64,000 bases of DNA from positions 5,280,001-5,344,000 of the forward strand of contig OY769902.1 of NCBI GenBank assembly GCA_963669175.1. Direction: 5' to 3'. The position numbers were made by a program, and so were the translations under genes. The notes under the pieces are model-generated. The model did not search any database. It saw nothing but the letters and a program-made list of their open reading frames with translations, and was not told where the DNA came from. Shown here piece after piece: positions 40,027 to 49,822 of the stretch (the first letter of the stretch is position 1; each line of letters opens with the position of its first letter). The DNA is from a bacterium (lineage in GTDB: Bacteria > Electryoneota > Electryoneia > Electryoneales > Electryoneaceae).

Positions 40027-42552
40027 ATGAGAATACAAATCTCGACATATCATGTAATACTAATCTTGCTGCTGATACTGTTGCCGGCACTGCTTTGGGC
40101 ATGTGATCTGCTTGGTATCGCCGGTACAGGCGGCCCTCGATCTGACATATACCAGTATATCGTAAGCGTTTACACCACAGAAGCCGACCGTGAAGATGAC
40201 AACGACGGCTGGGGTGTATTGGGGTGGGATGTGAATGGCGACAAGCTGCTATTCCGCTCTACGTATGATGTTTTCCGCAGCTATCGATTCCGGACTTTAC
40301 CTGATGGACCGGACGGCGGCATTGATCGTGCCTGGCCACCGGATATTGATCATGATGAGATCCCTGATAACCCGCACCAGATGATCATTCACGCCCGGAA
40401 CGCCAGCCCTGGGACAGCTTCCAACATTGCCGATCCACATCCTTTCGAATACACTTTCAACGGACGTACTCACGGCCTGGCCCATAACGGTTCCCTGGGG
40501 GATGACCATTATGACATCATGCGCTGGCTGATCGGAAATGGCTGGTGGAACATGTCCCTGATGGACCGAGCCTGGAAAGGGGACGATGAAGATGACCGCA
40601 GGGTGGATAGCGAGCTGTATGCCATGCTCCTGGCGAAAAACCTGCTCCTGGCGGACAATTACCGTCTGGGCGACGAATGGGCGATCCGGCATACCCTGCA
40701 ACTGTTGACTCGCAGACCTTCCAAAGGCGGTCTGCCCGACTTTTCCGCCTTGAACGCCCTGTATACAAACGGCGACTATATTTATGCCTGGTGCCGTACG
40801 TATAAAACAACAGATTCGGACCACAAGCTCTGGACCACCAATTACCCGGTAGAACCCGGCCTGGCCCTGATTATCAGCCATGACGATCCCCCCCCAGCCA
40901 GCATTGACCTGATGGACTGGTTGCTGATGGACAATACCGGCCAGTTGATTCGCGTCCATAAGGACTCTGCCACGAGCTGGCAGGATATCGGCTACGCACC
41001 GGAAAACATAGCCATCCCGTCACAGTACCCCGTGGCCGAGAATATCCAGACCAATCCTGTGCTCACATCACTGAAAGACGGTTCTTTCCTGCTCCTCTGG
41101 ACAGACCAGGACACATTGTGGGGTAAGAACCTGGACCAGATGGGATTGGGCGAGGATGAGCCCTATGTGATTTCGGAAGGTATTGCCGGTGTCCATGCCG
41201 TGATTCAGAAAGAGGATGCGGATAACGACACGCTTTACATCGGATACACACGCGCCACTTCTATCCTGGAACAGACCTCGCTGATTCCCGAAATCGCGTG
41301 CCTGTGGCAGAATAACAGTTCAAACAGGTGGACGATGGAGTACGCTTCCTGTTTCCAGGAATCGCCAAGCCTGATTTCTGAGCAGGCGATGGCGTTTGCT
41401 TCGAATGACGCCCTGTTGATGGCCTGGGGAGATAGTGTACAACTGAACGGAGATTCCTGGCAGCACAGGTGTTTCGCGCGTTATCGCTCGCCGGACGGTA
41501 GCCTGAGTGATGTGATCAGGATAGGCAGCGACGAGGAATCCCGTTCCTTCCCGACAATCCAGTATCTCGGGAAAACGCTGGAATTTGAAAAGTTCCTCCA
41601 TCTTTCGCTGACCGACCAGCAGTTTTTGGAAGCGACTATCCTGGCTGTAGATTCCGCAAACGACCTTGCCGCATGTTCAACATTCACCCTCGCTACCTCT
41701 GTAATCAGCCAGGCGCCGGTAAGTATGGACCTGTGTACGTTCGGTGGCGATACATTGCTCGCATGTGCATATACAGTAGAGGAAAATGCGGCGATATCCA
41801 TCCGCACCCTCCTGCTGGATCCATACAGCTTACTGGGTAGTACCCCGGTAGCTTTTGTTGTCGATTCAATTGATCTGCCTGTAAAGACAGAAGCATTGCA
41901 GAGTGGTCAGCCTTCCTTCACTCCTGTCCTGTCCGCTCGCCCTGCAGGAGGGTTCAGCCTGGTATTCAACAGCATGGTTGAGGGTGAAAACCGTGGCGTC
42001 TACAAGATTGAATATGACGGCATTCGTTTTGTTTCCCCTTTGCAGCGCTGGAATCAGGAAGGTGAGCTGCTGGCGAACGGAAGCTATCCGCAAGTGTGTA
42101 ATGTCGCAGACTATACCGGTGGCGAGGTACACCGTCAATTCACCCTGTGGCGTGATCAGGATGATGTTCTGTACGCACGTTTTTCGCCATCGCATTTCGA
42201 GAATGAAGATCCTGCTCCGGTCTTTCCCAGTGATCCGGACAGCAGCGATCCTGATGACCCGCCGACTCGCCCCGATCCCGGAAAACCGGATACCTATGCG
42301 CTCCGTACTGCGTATCCCAACCCCTTCAACAGCGCGACCACGTTACGCTTTGATCTGCCCAACGAAGTCAGGGTCAGGATTACCGTCTACGATATCCTTG
42401 GCCGTGAAATCGCCCGAATCCAAGACAATCTCATGGAAGCCGGTACCCATTCGGTACAATTCACCGCTTCCGATCTCCCTTCCGGCATGTACTTCCTTCA
42501 CCTGGAAGCTGGTTCTTTTACCTCAACACAGAAGCTTGTTCTGGTGAAGTAA
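40027..42552 (+). CDS. Second secreted class II glutamine amidotransferase-like (Ntn) protein with T9SS type A CTD
   Basis: Signal peptide ending LWA, then CDLLG; NDGWG, IIHARNAS, HPF, AHNGSL and VDSELY motifs; Pro/Asp linker; AYPNPFN...KLVLVK. Confidence 0.78.
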   Translation: MRIQISTYHVILILLLILLPALLWACDLLGIAGTGGPRSDIYQYIVSVYTTEADREDDNDGWGVLGWDVNGDKLLFRSTYDVFRSYRFRTLPDGPDGGIDRAWPPDIDHDEIPDNPHQMIIHARNASPGTASNIADPHPFEYTFNGRTHGLAHNGSLGDDHYDIMRWLIGNGWWNMSLMDRAWKGDDEDDRRVDSELYAMLLAKNLLLADNYRLGDEWAIRHTLQLLTRRPSKGGLPDFSALNALYTNGDYIYAWCRTYKTTDSDHKLWTTNYPVEPGLALIISHDDPPPASIDLMDWLLMDNTGQLIRVHKDSATSWQDIGYAPENIAIPSQYPVAENIQTNPVLTSLKDGSFLLLWTDQDTLWGKNLDQMGLGEDEPYVISEGIAGVHAVIQKEDADNDTLYIGYTRATSILEQTSLIPEIACLWQNNSSNRWTMEYASCFQESPSLISEQAMAFASNDALLMAWGDSVQLNGDSWQHRCFARYRSPDGSLSDVIRIGSDEESRSFPTIQYLGKTLEFEKFLHLSLTDQQFLEATILAVDSANDLAACSTFTLATSVISQAPVSMDLCTFGGDTLLACAYTVEENAAISIRTLLLDPYSLLGSTPVAFVVDSIDLPVKTEALQSGQPSFTPVLSARPAGGFSLVFNSMVEGENRGVYKIEYDGIRFVSPLQRWNQEGELLANGSYPQVCNVADYTGGEVHRQFTLWRDQDDVLYARFSPSHFENEDPAPVFPSDPDSSDPDDPPTRPDPGKPDTYALRTAYPNPFNSATTLRFDLPNEVRVRITVYDILGREIARIQDNLMEAGTHSVQFTASDLPSGMYFLHLEAGSFTSTQKLVLVK

Positions 42553-42585
42553 GTTCTCAAGTTACCAAGTTTGAAAGTGGTGACG

Positions 42586-43072
42586 GCGAAAAATGGGACT
42601 GTTACCTTTTCATGTTTGCAAGTGTACGACAGCCAAATGAATGCTGGAGAAAAGGTAACTGTACCAGATTTTTCGCCTGCTGATTGATCATCCGGAAAAT
42701 CCTGGGACAGCTACCTAGTGGAGCATTGCACCTGCTATGATGTTTTCTGAGCTGCGCGCTTGACCACAGACATAGCGGGTTATTTCAAGGGAAAGCAACG
42801 CAGTCATGGGGTAAAGCGCGCGCTCCCTTCGGGCTTGTTTTTGATGGCCGATTTCTGCGTTAGTTTCACTTAGAATAGAGCTACTAGGATTTCGTGAAAC
42901 TGTCTTGAACTCGACTCATCAAAAACAAGCAGAACAACTCATAGCAGGTGCAATGGACCACTATTTCGCTTCAATTTCGTCCGATAATTGATGATTGTAG
43001 ATATTTGTCGAACAGTACCAGCAACTAGAAGGGATTTCAGCAGGCGAAATAGAGTAGCAGTCCCGATTTTCC
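42586..43072. repeat. REP-like double-hairpin element, copy 2 (interrupted by a MITE)
   Basis: Same arms and orientation as 39659-39901. Confidence 0.85.
42718..42961. mobile_element. 244-bp MITE with 23-bp TIRs and TA duplication
   Basis: GTGGAGCATTGCACCTGCTATGA...TCATAGCAGGTGCAATGGACCAC (2 mismatches), flanked by TA at 42716 and 42962; the empty site ACCTATTTCGCT is seen at 39789-39800. Confidence 0.8.
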
Positions 43073-43096
43073 GCTGACAACAAAGCCACTATCATA

Positions 43097-43135
43097 TAAA
43101 AACAACGGGATAGACTGTTGCAGCCTATCCCGTTG
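43097..43135 (-). terminator. Intrinsic terminator downstream of typA
   Basis: CAACGGGATAG...CTATCCCGTTG stem followed by TTTTT on the minus strand. Confidence 0.7.
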
Positions 43136-43175
43136 ATAGCTTTATAACTTTTCAACTTTCAAACTTGATAACTTC

Positions 43176-45008
43176 CTACCCTTTATGCGCCAGCCGGTAC
43201 GCTCGCCGTGCGGCTTCCTCTGTCAGGTAACGTTTACGCAGGCGAATCGCATCCGGGGTGACTTCCACCAGTTCATCATCAGAAATGAACTCCAGCGCTT
43301 CTTCCAGGGACAGAATCTTCGGCGGGTGCAGCATGTAATTATCATCAGACCCTGCCGCGCGCATGTTGGTCAGTTTCTTTTCCTTGGACGGATTCACCCA
43401 CATGTCATCGCTACGGCTGTTCGCGCCGACGATCATACCGGAATACATCTCGATACCGGGTGCGACGAACATCTGCCCACGTTCCTGCAAGTTCTGGAGC
43501 GCGTACGCATTCGCTTTACCCGGACGATCCGCGACCAGCACACCAGTTTTACGGCTGGGGATTTCGCCGGCAAAACCACGCCATTCCAGGAAGAAATGGT
43601 TGATCACCGCTGTCCCACGTGTCTCGACCAGCATCTGCGAACGCAAGCCCAGCAAACCACGCATCGGCACTTCGAACTCCAACCGTACCCAGCCGGATTC
43701 GCTGTTGCTCATCTTCATCATGCGGCCCTTACGGAAACCCATGGTCTGGGTAATCACGCCGATAAACTCTTCCGGGCAGTCGATAATCAGGTGTTCCCAC
43801 GGTTCCAGCAGGGGGCCGTTACCCTCGCGACGAGTCAAAACGCGCGGCTTGCTGACAGCCACTTCATACCCTTCACGACGCATGGTTTCCAGCAGGATGG
43901 CAAACTGCAATTCACCGCGTCCCAACACGCGGAACGAGTCCGGCGAATCGGTCTCTTCCACCTTCAGGCTGGGATTACCCTGGATTTCCTTGAACAGGCG
44001 TGAACGAAGCTGACGGCTGGTGACAAACTTGCCCGAACGTCCCGAGAAGGGGCTGGTATTGACGGTAAAGATCATTTCCAGCGACGGTTCGTCGATCTGT
44101 AATTCAGGCAAAGGTTTCGGGGTTTCCGGGTCGGTCAGGGTCCAGCCAAGCTGAATCCCTTCGATACCGGCGATAGCTACGATATCTCCCGGCCTCGCTT
44201 CTTCGATATCCAGACGCCTCAAGCCGGAGAAGCCGTACAGCTTGGTGACCTTGGCAACCGTTCCGCCTTCGCCGCCGGTCATCAACACCGAATTGCCCGT
44301 GTGAAGAATACCATTGGTTACGCGGCCGATGCCAATCCGTCCCAGGTAATCGCTGTAGTCAAGCGTCGTGATCTGGAGCTGAAGCGGATGACCTTCTTCG
44401 TACGTCGGCGCGGGAACCTTGTCGAGGATAACCTCGAACAGGGGACGCAGATCCTTGCCGGGCTCATCGATGTCCAGCGTTGCCGTCCCCGCCTTGGCAT
44501 TGGTGTACAGGATAGGAAAATCGCACTGCTCTTCAGTCGCATCCAGGTCCAGGAACAGTTCAAGCACTTCGTCTTCCACTTCACCAAGGCGAGCGTCTGG
44601 GCGATCGATCTTGTTAATCACCACAATGGGTGACAATCCGGACGCCAGGGCGTTGGACAACACATAGCGTGTCTGGGGCAACGGGCCTTCGGAAGCGTCC
44701 ACCAGCAACAGGCAACCGTCAACCATCTTGAGCACACGCTGGACCTCACCGCCGAAATCGGCGTGGCCGGGAGTGTCAACGATGTTGATCGTGGTGCCGT
44801 TCCAGTCAATGGCCGTGTTCTTGGCCATAATGGTGATGCCCTTTTCGCGTTCCAGGTCAAGGCCGTCCATCACACGTTCTGCGATCTTCTCGTTCTCACG
44901 GAACAGCCCGGACTGGTGCAACATGGCATCCACCAGCGTCGTTTTACCATGGTCTACATGTGCAATAATAGCCAGGTTACGTATAGTTTCACGTTGCTTC
45001 ATGGTCAT
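43176..45008 (-). CDS. typA: Translational GTPase TypA/BipA
   Basis: IAHVDHGKTT, KGITI, DTPGHADFGGE, NKID, GRGELQ and KKLTNMRAAG motifs. Confidence 0.97.
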   Translation of the reverse strand: MTMKQRETIRNLAIIAHVDHGKTTLVDAMLHQSGLFRENEKIAERVMDGLDLEREKGITIMAKNTAIDWNGTTINIVDTPGHADFGGEVQRVLKMVDGCLLLVDASEGPLPQTRYVLSNALASGLSPIVVINKIDRPDARLGEVEDEVLELFLDLDATEEQCDFPILYTNAKAGTATLDIDEPGKDLRPLFEVILDKVPAPTYEEGHPLQLQITTLDYSDYLGRIGIGRVTNGILHTGNSVLMTGGEGGTVAKVTKLYGFSGLRRLDIEEARPGDIVAIAGIEGIQLGWTLTDPETPKPLPELQIDEPSLEMIFTVNTSPFSGRSGKFVTSRQLRSRLFKEIQGNPSLKVEETDSPDSFRVLGRGELQFAILLETMRREGYEVAVSKPRVLTRREGNGPLLEPWEHLIIDCPEEFIGVITQTMGFRKGRMMKMSNSESGWVRLEFEVPMRGLLGLRSQMLVETRGTAVINHFFLEWRGFAGEIPSRKTGVLVADRPGKANAYALQNLQERGQMFVAPGIEMYSGMIVGANSRSDDMWVNPSKEKKLTNMRAAGSDDNYMLHPPKILSLEEALEFISDDELVEVTPDAIRLRKRYLTEEAARRAYRLAHKG

Positions 45009-45046
45009 GTTTAGGGAACTCCTGTCCTGCATGTGCTGCTATAAAC

Positions 45047-45121
45047 GTAAAAAACCCGGGCCGCGGTCGACCCGGGTCCATCTTTGGGCGCAAACATACG
45101 ACATCCACGTGCAGGATCAAA
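45047..45121 (-). promoter_or_regulatory. Putative promoter (TTTG-N19-TATGTTTG) followed by a terminator-like hairpin in the typA leader
   Basis: Minus strand: TTTG atcctgcacgtggatgtcg TATGTTTG ... ACCCGGG-tcgaccgcgg-CCCGGGT TTTTT. Confidence 0.5.
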
Positions 45122-45200
45122 GAGCTATCTCGTGGCTCCAGTGGACGTTCTCATGAAAACTGGAGGAAGACAGCTCACGCCATAAGCGAAAAAATGATGT

Positions 45201-47954
45201 TTACTTCTGATAAAGCACCTTACAGGTAGCTGGCTCTTCACCTTCCAGGCGCAGGAAATAGAGTCCTGAAGCAAGGTTCGGTGACGGATGCCAGTTCATC
45301 TCTCCCCTTTGTTTCACACCGCCATCGAGCTGCGCAACTCGTTGTCCCTGTATGTTGTACACGTTGATCCGAACAGATCCGGCTTCAGGTAGCGTAAATC
45401 GGATACGAAGCTCCGAATTAAATGGGTTCGGCCAGACAGTATCGATTGACGGTGAAGAAGGCAGTTGAGAGGTTTCCAACTCCGGCGAGTTATTGTACCA
45501 ACTGGCCCGAAAGCGCTGCATCAGGATGATCTCCTCTTCATACCTTTCCTGCCAGATACCAACCAGATCGCCGTCACTGGTACCAGCGATATGCTTTTGA
45601 TGGACCCAATAGTCATGTACATACAAGTCAGGTTCAGAATCTGCAAAAGGAATTCCCTGATTATATCCTTCTGCAATTGACAGCGTGTTATCCAACAGGT
45701 ATACACGTGTTGGGGTTGTAATCCAGACACCGTTATCCGGAGCGTTGTAAATGCCAATAACCGTGTCCCCCATGGTCGAGGTCAGCACTACAGGTCCGGC
45801 GGACAACGTGCCGTTCAGTGTAAATCGTGCTACCTCCCAGTACACGGAGTTCTGGTGGCGGTATACGACACAAACCTCATCGTCCTGAAACAACGACGCG
45901 ACTGAGATATCCGCCATTACGTAGTTTTCTGGTATAAAGTGTTCGTGCCAGTGGTTCTCAATGTTTTCTCGTAACAAGAAGCTACTGATGATTTGCCCGG
46001 TTTCCACATTATATCGTTCAAGATAAACCTGGCTGTCCTGGTAGTGGATGATACAAAGGGATGTTCCCCAATAGCACATGCCAAGAATGTTGCCCGGTGC
46101 ACCGTCAATAAAGGTAGTGCGTTCACGTGTTTCCCGGTCCAGCGACCATAAATGGCAGGTGTTCATATCCATATCCGCCCGATAGGCAAAATAGAGTCGA
46201 TTTCCCTCCATGAAACACTGTGGGCGATGGAAATCATAATACAGATAACTTGGCATTTCTCTGATCTTTTCCAGGTCGCCAACCTGTTGTCCCGCATCGT
46301 CAACAAATACCACTCCGGCAGATGAATCGCTTCTTTCCATTTCAAACCGGCAGAGTATCGGATATGGCCCCTCGCTACAATCACAAACTGCCCCGATGAA
46401 GTTAAAACCATCTCCAGGGAAAGCAACCTCCTCGTCCATATAGGGTTCCCCATTGACATCGAAATGGCGATACGAACGATAACTCATAGTCCAGACACCG
46501 CCATCATGATCCGGATAGGGTGTTGTAGTGTTTCCAATGGTAACCGGGTCAATCATCGTTCCCGATTCGCCATCCGGACCGACCGGACGTGTTCTGGAAA
46601 GACCATCTCCCGTATAGTACCAGGATAGCCAGACATTACCATTTTTACCTGCCACCAGGCTATTCAAATACAAATGGCGACTATATCCCAGCAATCGCAA
46701 TCCTAATAGTCCATCTGTATTCTGCATGAGGTATCCGCTACCCATTTCAAACTGGTAGCGCTTATCCTTTTTTGAGTTATAAACAAAGAGATAATTATCG
46801 TTTGCAACTGGCCAGACATCGTAATCATCATCGCATTGCACCTGCCACAGATGTTGCCCCTGGGGACTGTAGCAGTGAAAACGGCGAGTACTGTATTCTC
46901 GTAAGAGGATATCACCTGATGGAAGCAAATACCTGCAACTGAATTGACGTTCCATGTCCACGTGCGGACCGACCTGAATCTCATTCTCTTCGATGGTGAA
47001 ATTGCAAAGCATGTCGTCAAACCCTAACCTGTCAGTAATCCGAACAAACCCGATCGGATCGTTTACAGGGAACAAATCTGCATTGTTGTATCCGGTAATC
47101 AGTTCATCCAGCCATTCAGCCTGCCAATTGTAGAGTTCTATCCTGAACTGATCAGGAAGGTCTGCTTCACGTACGATATAGCCATCCAGAATATTCAGGC
47201 TTTTAGTCTCACCTTCAACCTCTTCGCATGTCCCGAGGCTGGTTATATCGCCATCAGCGCTGACTGACCATATCTGGAGAATCCCGTCATCATTAACTGC
47301 CGCTACAAGAAAATGTGTGTCGTCCAGTGAATAGAGTGTGAATGATTCGCCACGAGCTTCGTGTAAGATCTCGTAGAACTGTTCATCGCCTGTGTCTGGA
47401 TCATAACCACGAAATCCCAATGCGCCAGACCCTTCCCATAACCACACCAACAGGTTCCCGTCTGCCAGTTCCATCCCTGGATTCAGGTTTTCTTCATAGC
47501 CATGAAAGGAAAAAGGAATCGTGGTTTGCCAGAGAAACGTACGATCATTGTCCAGCGCCAGCAGTCTCCACTCCTGCGATTCACTGTCGAAAAACAGGAG
47601 AAATTGATTGCCTTCAGCGCTGGGCAACCAGGCGTGTAGCACACCGGGAACAGATTCTTCCGGCAAACGGTATATGGCAACAAGATTGCCCTCTTCATCG
47701 CTGACACCTTCCAGGTACGGTCCACCTGCAGTAGTATCATCACTTACCGGAGACTCAATCAGGATAGAGTGCCCGCCATCAGGAAAAAGAACCGGATCAA
47801 TGACAACCTGGTACTGGTCAAATCCAAATACGATACGACCATTTTCGCCCCAAAGACGTTCACCGAGTGTTGGAAATGCGGCCAGGAATGGAATAACCAG
47901 AATGCAGAACCCAAGGAAAGGAGAGGTTCGAAGGACAGTTCGTAGAATACCCAT
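45201..47954 (-). CDS. Secreted hypothetical protein with T9SS type A CTD
   Basis: N-terminal hydrophobic signal; beta-rich body; VWPNPFN...ASGLYFLRL CTD. Confidence 0.75.
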   Translation of the reverse strand: MGILRTVLRTSPFLGFCILVIPFLAAFPTLGERLWGENGRIVFGFDQYQVVIDPVLFPDGGHSILIESPVSDDTTAGGPYLEGVSDEEGNLVAIYRLPEESVPGVLHAWLPSAEGNQFLLFFDSESQEWRLLALDNDRTFLWQTTIPFSFHGYEENLNPGMELADGNLLVWLWEGSGALGFRGYDPDTGDEQFYEILHEARGESFTLYSLDDTHFLVAAVNDDGILQIWSVSADGDITSLGTCEEVEGETKSLNILDGYIVREADLPDQFRIELYNWQAEWLDELITGYNNADLFPVNDPIGFVRITDRLGFDDMLCNFTIEENEIQVGPHVDMERQFSCRYLLPSGDILLREYSTRRFHCYSPQGQHLWQVQCDDDYDVWPVANDNYLFVYNSKKDKRYQFEMGSGYLMQNTDGLLGLRLLGYSRHLYLNSLVAGKNGNVWLSWYYTGDGLSRTRPVGPDGESGTMIDPVTIGNTTTPYPDHDGGVWTMSYRSYRHFDVNGEPYMDEEVAFPGDGFNFIGAVCDCSEGPYPILCRFEMERSDSSAGVVFVDDAGQQVGDLEKIREMPSYLYYDFHRPQCFMEGNRLYFAYRADMDMNTCHLWSLDRETRERTTFIDGAPGNILGMCYWGTSLCIIHYQDSQVYLERYNVETGQIISSFLLRENIENHWHEHFIPENYVMADISVASLFQDDEVCVVYRHQNSVYWEVARFTLNGTLSAGPVVLTSTMGDTVIGIYNAPDNGVWITTPTRVYLLDNTLSIAEGYNQGIPFADSEPDLYVHDYWVHQKHIAGTSDGDLVGIWQERYEEEIILMQRFRASWYNNSPELETSQLPSSPSIDTVWPNPFNSELRIRFTLPEAGSVRINVYNIQGQRVAQLDGGVKQRGEMNWHPSPNLASGLYFLRLEGEEPATCKVLYQK

Positions 47955-48197
47955 GCCACCCCCTGTTTTACATGGTTCATTAAACGTGATTTAAACCAAA
48001 CTAAACTTTTCAAATGGAAAAGGGCAATAGTTTCTGAAGAAAAAACAAAAAAATGCTACGTAACGAAGGACATGTATACCTTGCTATCCGAATATCTCTG
48101 CTTACGTATAGCGATTCCAATTATTGATCCGTCATATGGTCATGCGCTATATCAGTGAAAGGTCAACCATATGGTTGGAATAAAGGATAAGGATATG

Positions 48198-48348
48198 GAA
48201 AAAGGGTACAGTTTCCTTTCCCTGGGGCAAAGCCTTCCCGCTGTGAGCAAGGACCGGGAAAGGTGGCTGTACCCTTTTTCTTGAGAGCAGGCAGGACGTA
48301 CACGGAAAAGGGTACGGTTTCCTTTTTCACTGTCTGCTTTTTTCACTT
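48198..48348. repeat. Three AAAAGGGTACAG-type REP-like arms plus the GTGAAAAAA stop-adjacent repeat
   Basis: GAAAAAGGGTACAGTTTCCTTT, inverted AAAGGTGGCTGTACCCTTTTTC, and GAAAAGGGTACGGTTTCCTTTTTC. Confidence 0.7.
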
Positions 48349-49557
48349 ATCCTCACATATCTCTATTGTCCCATTATTACCCGTATCCGGCCCATCCCGT
48401 AACAAATCATTAATCGCCCGCCAATACAGATCTTCGTAATGATCAATGGAGGCGGACGTAGTGAAGGTGGCAACCGCTCTTTGTCGTGCGGCCTGCTTCA
48501 TCCGGTTCAGCTTCTCCCTGTCACGCAGCAGCTCCAGGCAGGCCGCGCTCATGGCGTTCACATCACCCGGTTCTGTCAGCACACCGTCCACCCCGTTCCG
48601 CACGACTTCGGTCAAGCCACCCACATTCGCTCCGATCACCGCTGCGCCGCAGGCCATTGCTTCCAGCGCGGCCAGGCCGAACGATTCGGCGTTGGAGGGA
48701 AACAGGAACAGGTCCGCACAGGGCAGGATCTCCTGGGCGTTATCCTGAATCCCGAGAAAGTGGACATCGGCGCGAAATGGCGATTCACGTAGTCGTTTTT
48801 CGGCCGGAGGACGTTCCGGGCCATCCCCGATCATCACCAGTTGGCATTCGATCTCTTTGCGAACCTGCAGAAAACATTCAACCACATCTTCCACATGTTT
48901 GACCGGGCGGAAGTTGGACATGTGCATCAGGACAGGCGTTTGGCGTGTGATGCGTCCTTTCATCTGGCAGGAACTGCGCGGCTGATATTTCTCGGTATCG
49001 ACAAAGTTATAGATCACATCCATAGTACAGCCGCAGCCCAACCGTTCCGGCACCTGGCTCGCCAACCAGCGGCTCACCACGGTCACCTTGTCGGAAGAAT
49101 CCAGCGAGAACCTGGTTACCGGCAAATAGGATGGATTCTTGCCTACGATGGTAATATCGGTGCCGTGGAGAGTGGTGATCAGGGGCAGATCATCTTCACG
49201 GTTGGCCAGTTTTCGTGCCAGATAACCGGATATCGCATGCGGGATGGCGTAATGGACATGCAACACATCCAGCTTGAATTCGCAAATCACCTCGGCCAAT
49301 CGTGTCGCAAGCGCCAGCGAGTACGGCGGGTACTCGAAAAGAGGATAGTCCGGCACATCTACCGGGTGAAAATGGATTCCCGGGCGCATCATGTCCAGAC
49401 GCGCCGGTTTACGGTAGCTGACGACATGGACCTGATGCCCACGTTCTGCCAATGCATGTGCGATTTCCACCGCCACAACACCACTGCCGCCCGTTGTCGG
49501 GTAGCAGACAATGCCGACGCTCAGGGCGCGACGCTTGATCATCTCTGTGTTTTGCAC
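48343..49557 (-). CDS. bshA: N-acetyl-alpha-D-glucosaminyl L-malate synthase
   Basis: CYPTTGGSG, YPLFEYPPY, HVHYAIPHA, TTLHGTD, SNFRPVK and ESFGLAALEAM motifs. Confidence 0.95.
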   Translation of the reverse strand: MQNTEMIKRRALSVGIVCYPTTGGSGVVAVEIAHALAERGHQVHVVSYRKPARLDMMRPGIHFHPVDVPDYPLFEYPPYSLALATRLAEVICEFKLDVLHVHYAIPHAISGYLARKLANREDDLPLITTLHGTDITIVGKNPSYLPVTRFSLDSSDKVTVVSRWLASQVPERLGCGCTMDVIYNFVDTEKYQPRSSCQMKGRITRQTPVLMHMSNFRPVKHVEDVVECFLQVRKEIECQLVMIGDGPERPPAEKRLRESPFRADVHFLGIQDNAQEILPCADLFLFPSNAESFGLAALEAMACGAAVIGANVGGLTEVVRNGVDGVLTEPGDVNAMSAACLELLRDREKLNRMKQAARQRAVATFTTSASIDHYEDLYWRAINDLLRDGPDTGNNGTIEICEDK

Positions 49558-49577
49558 GATATCACCCGCTTGGAAAC

Positions 49578-49818
49578 AATTAAGAATTAAAAATTAACAA
49601 TTAATAATTGAACACCGTGATATTCTCATCCTCATAGAAAAAAGTTTGAAGTATGATCTGCGTTTTCATTACGCTTGGCCCGACTGCTTGCTGTCGGGAT
49701 TTATATTTTCAGGATTATGTTCCATCCGGCCAATTGTATCCAAACCACTTGTGGTTCCCCGGCCAGGCATGGCCGGGCTACTTTTTTCACTTTTTTCACT
49801 GTCTACTTTTTTCACTTC
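49578..49818 (-). repeat. bshB1-bshA junction element (GTGAAAAAA arm, CCCGGCCA hairpin, TAATTCT heptamers)
   Basis: Minus strand begins GAAGTGAAAAAAGTAGACAGTG... just after the stop and ends TTAATTGTTAATTTTTAATTCTTAATT just before the RBS. Confidence 0.75.
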
Positions 49819-49822
49819 TCCG

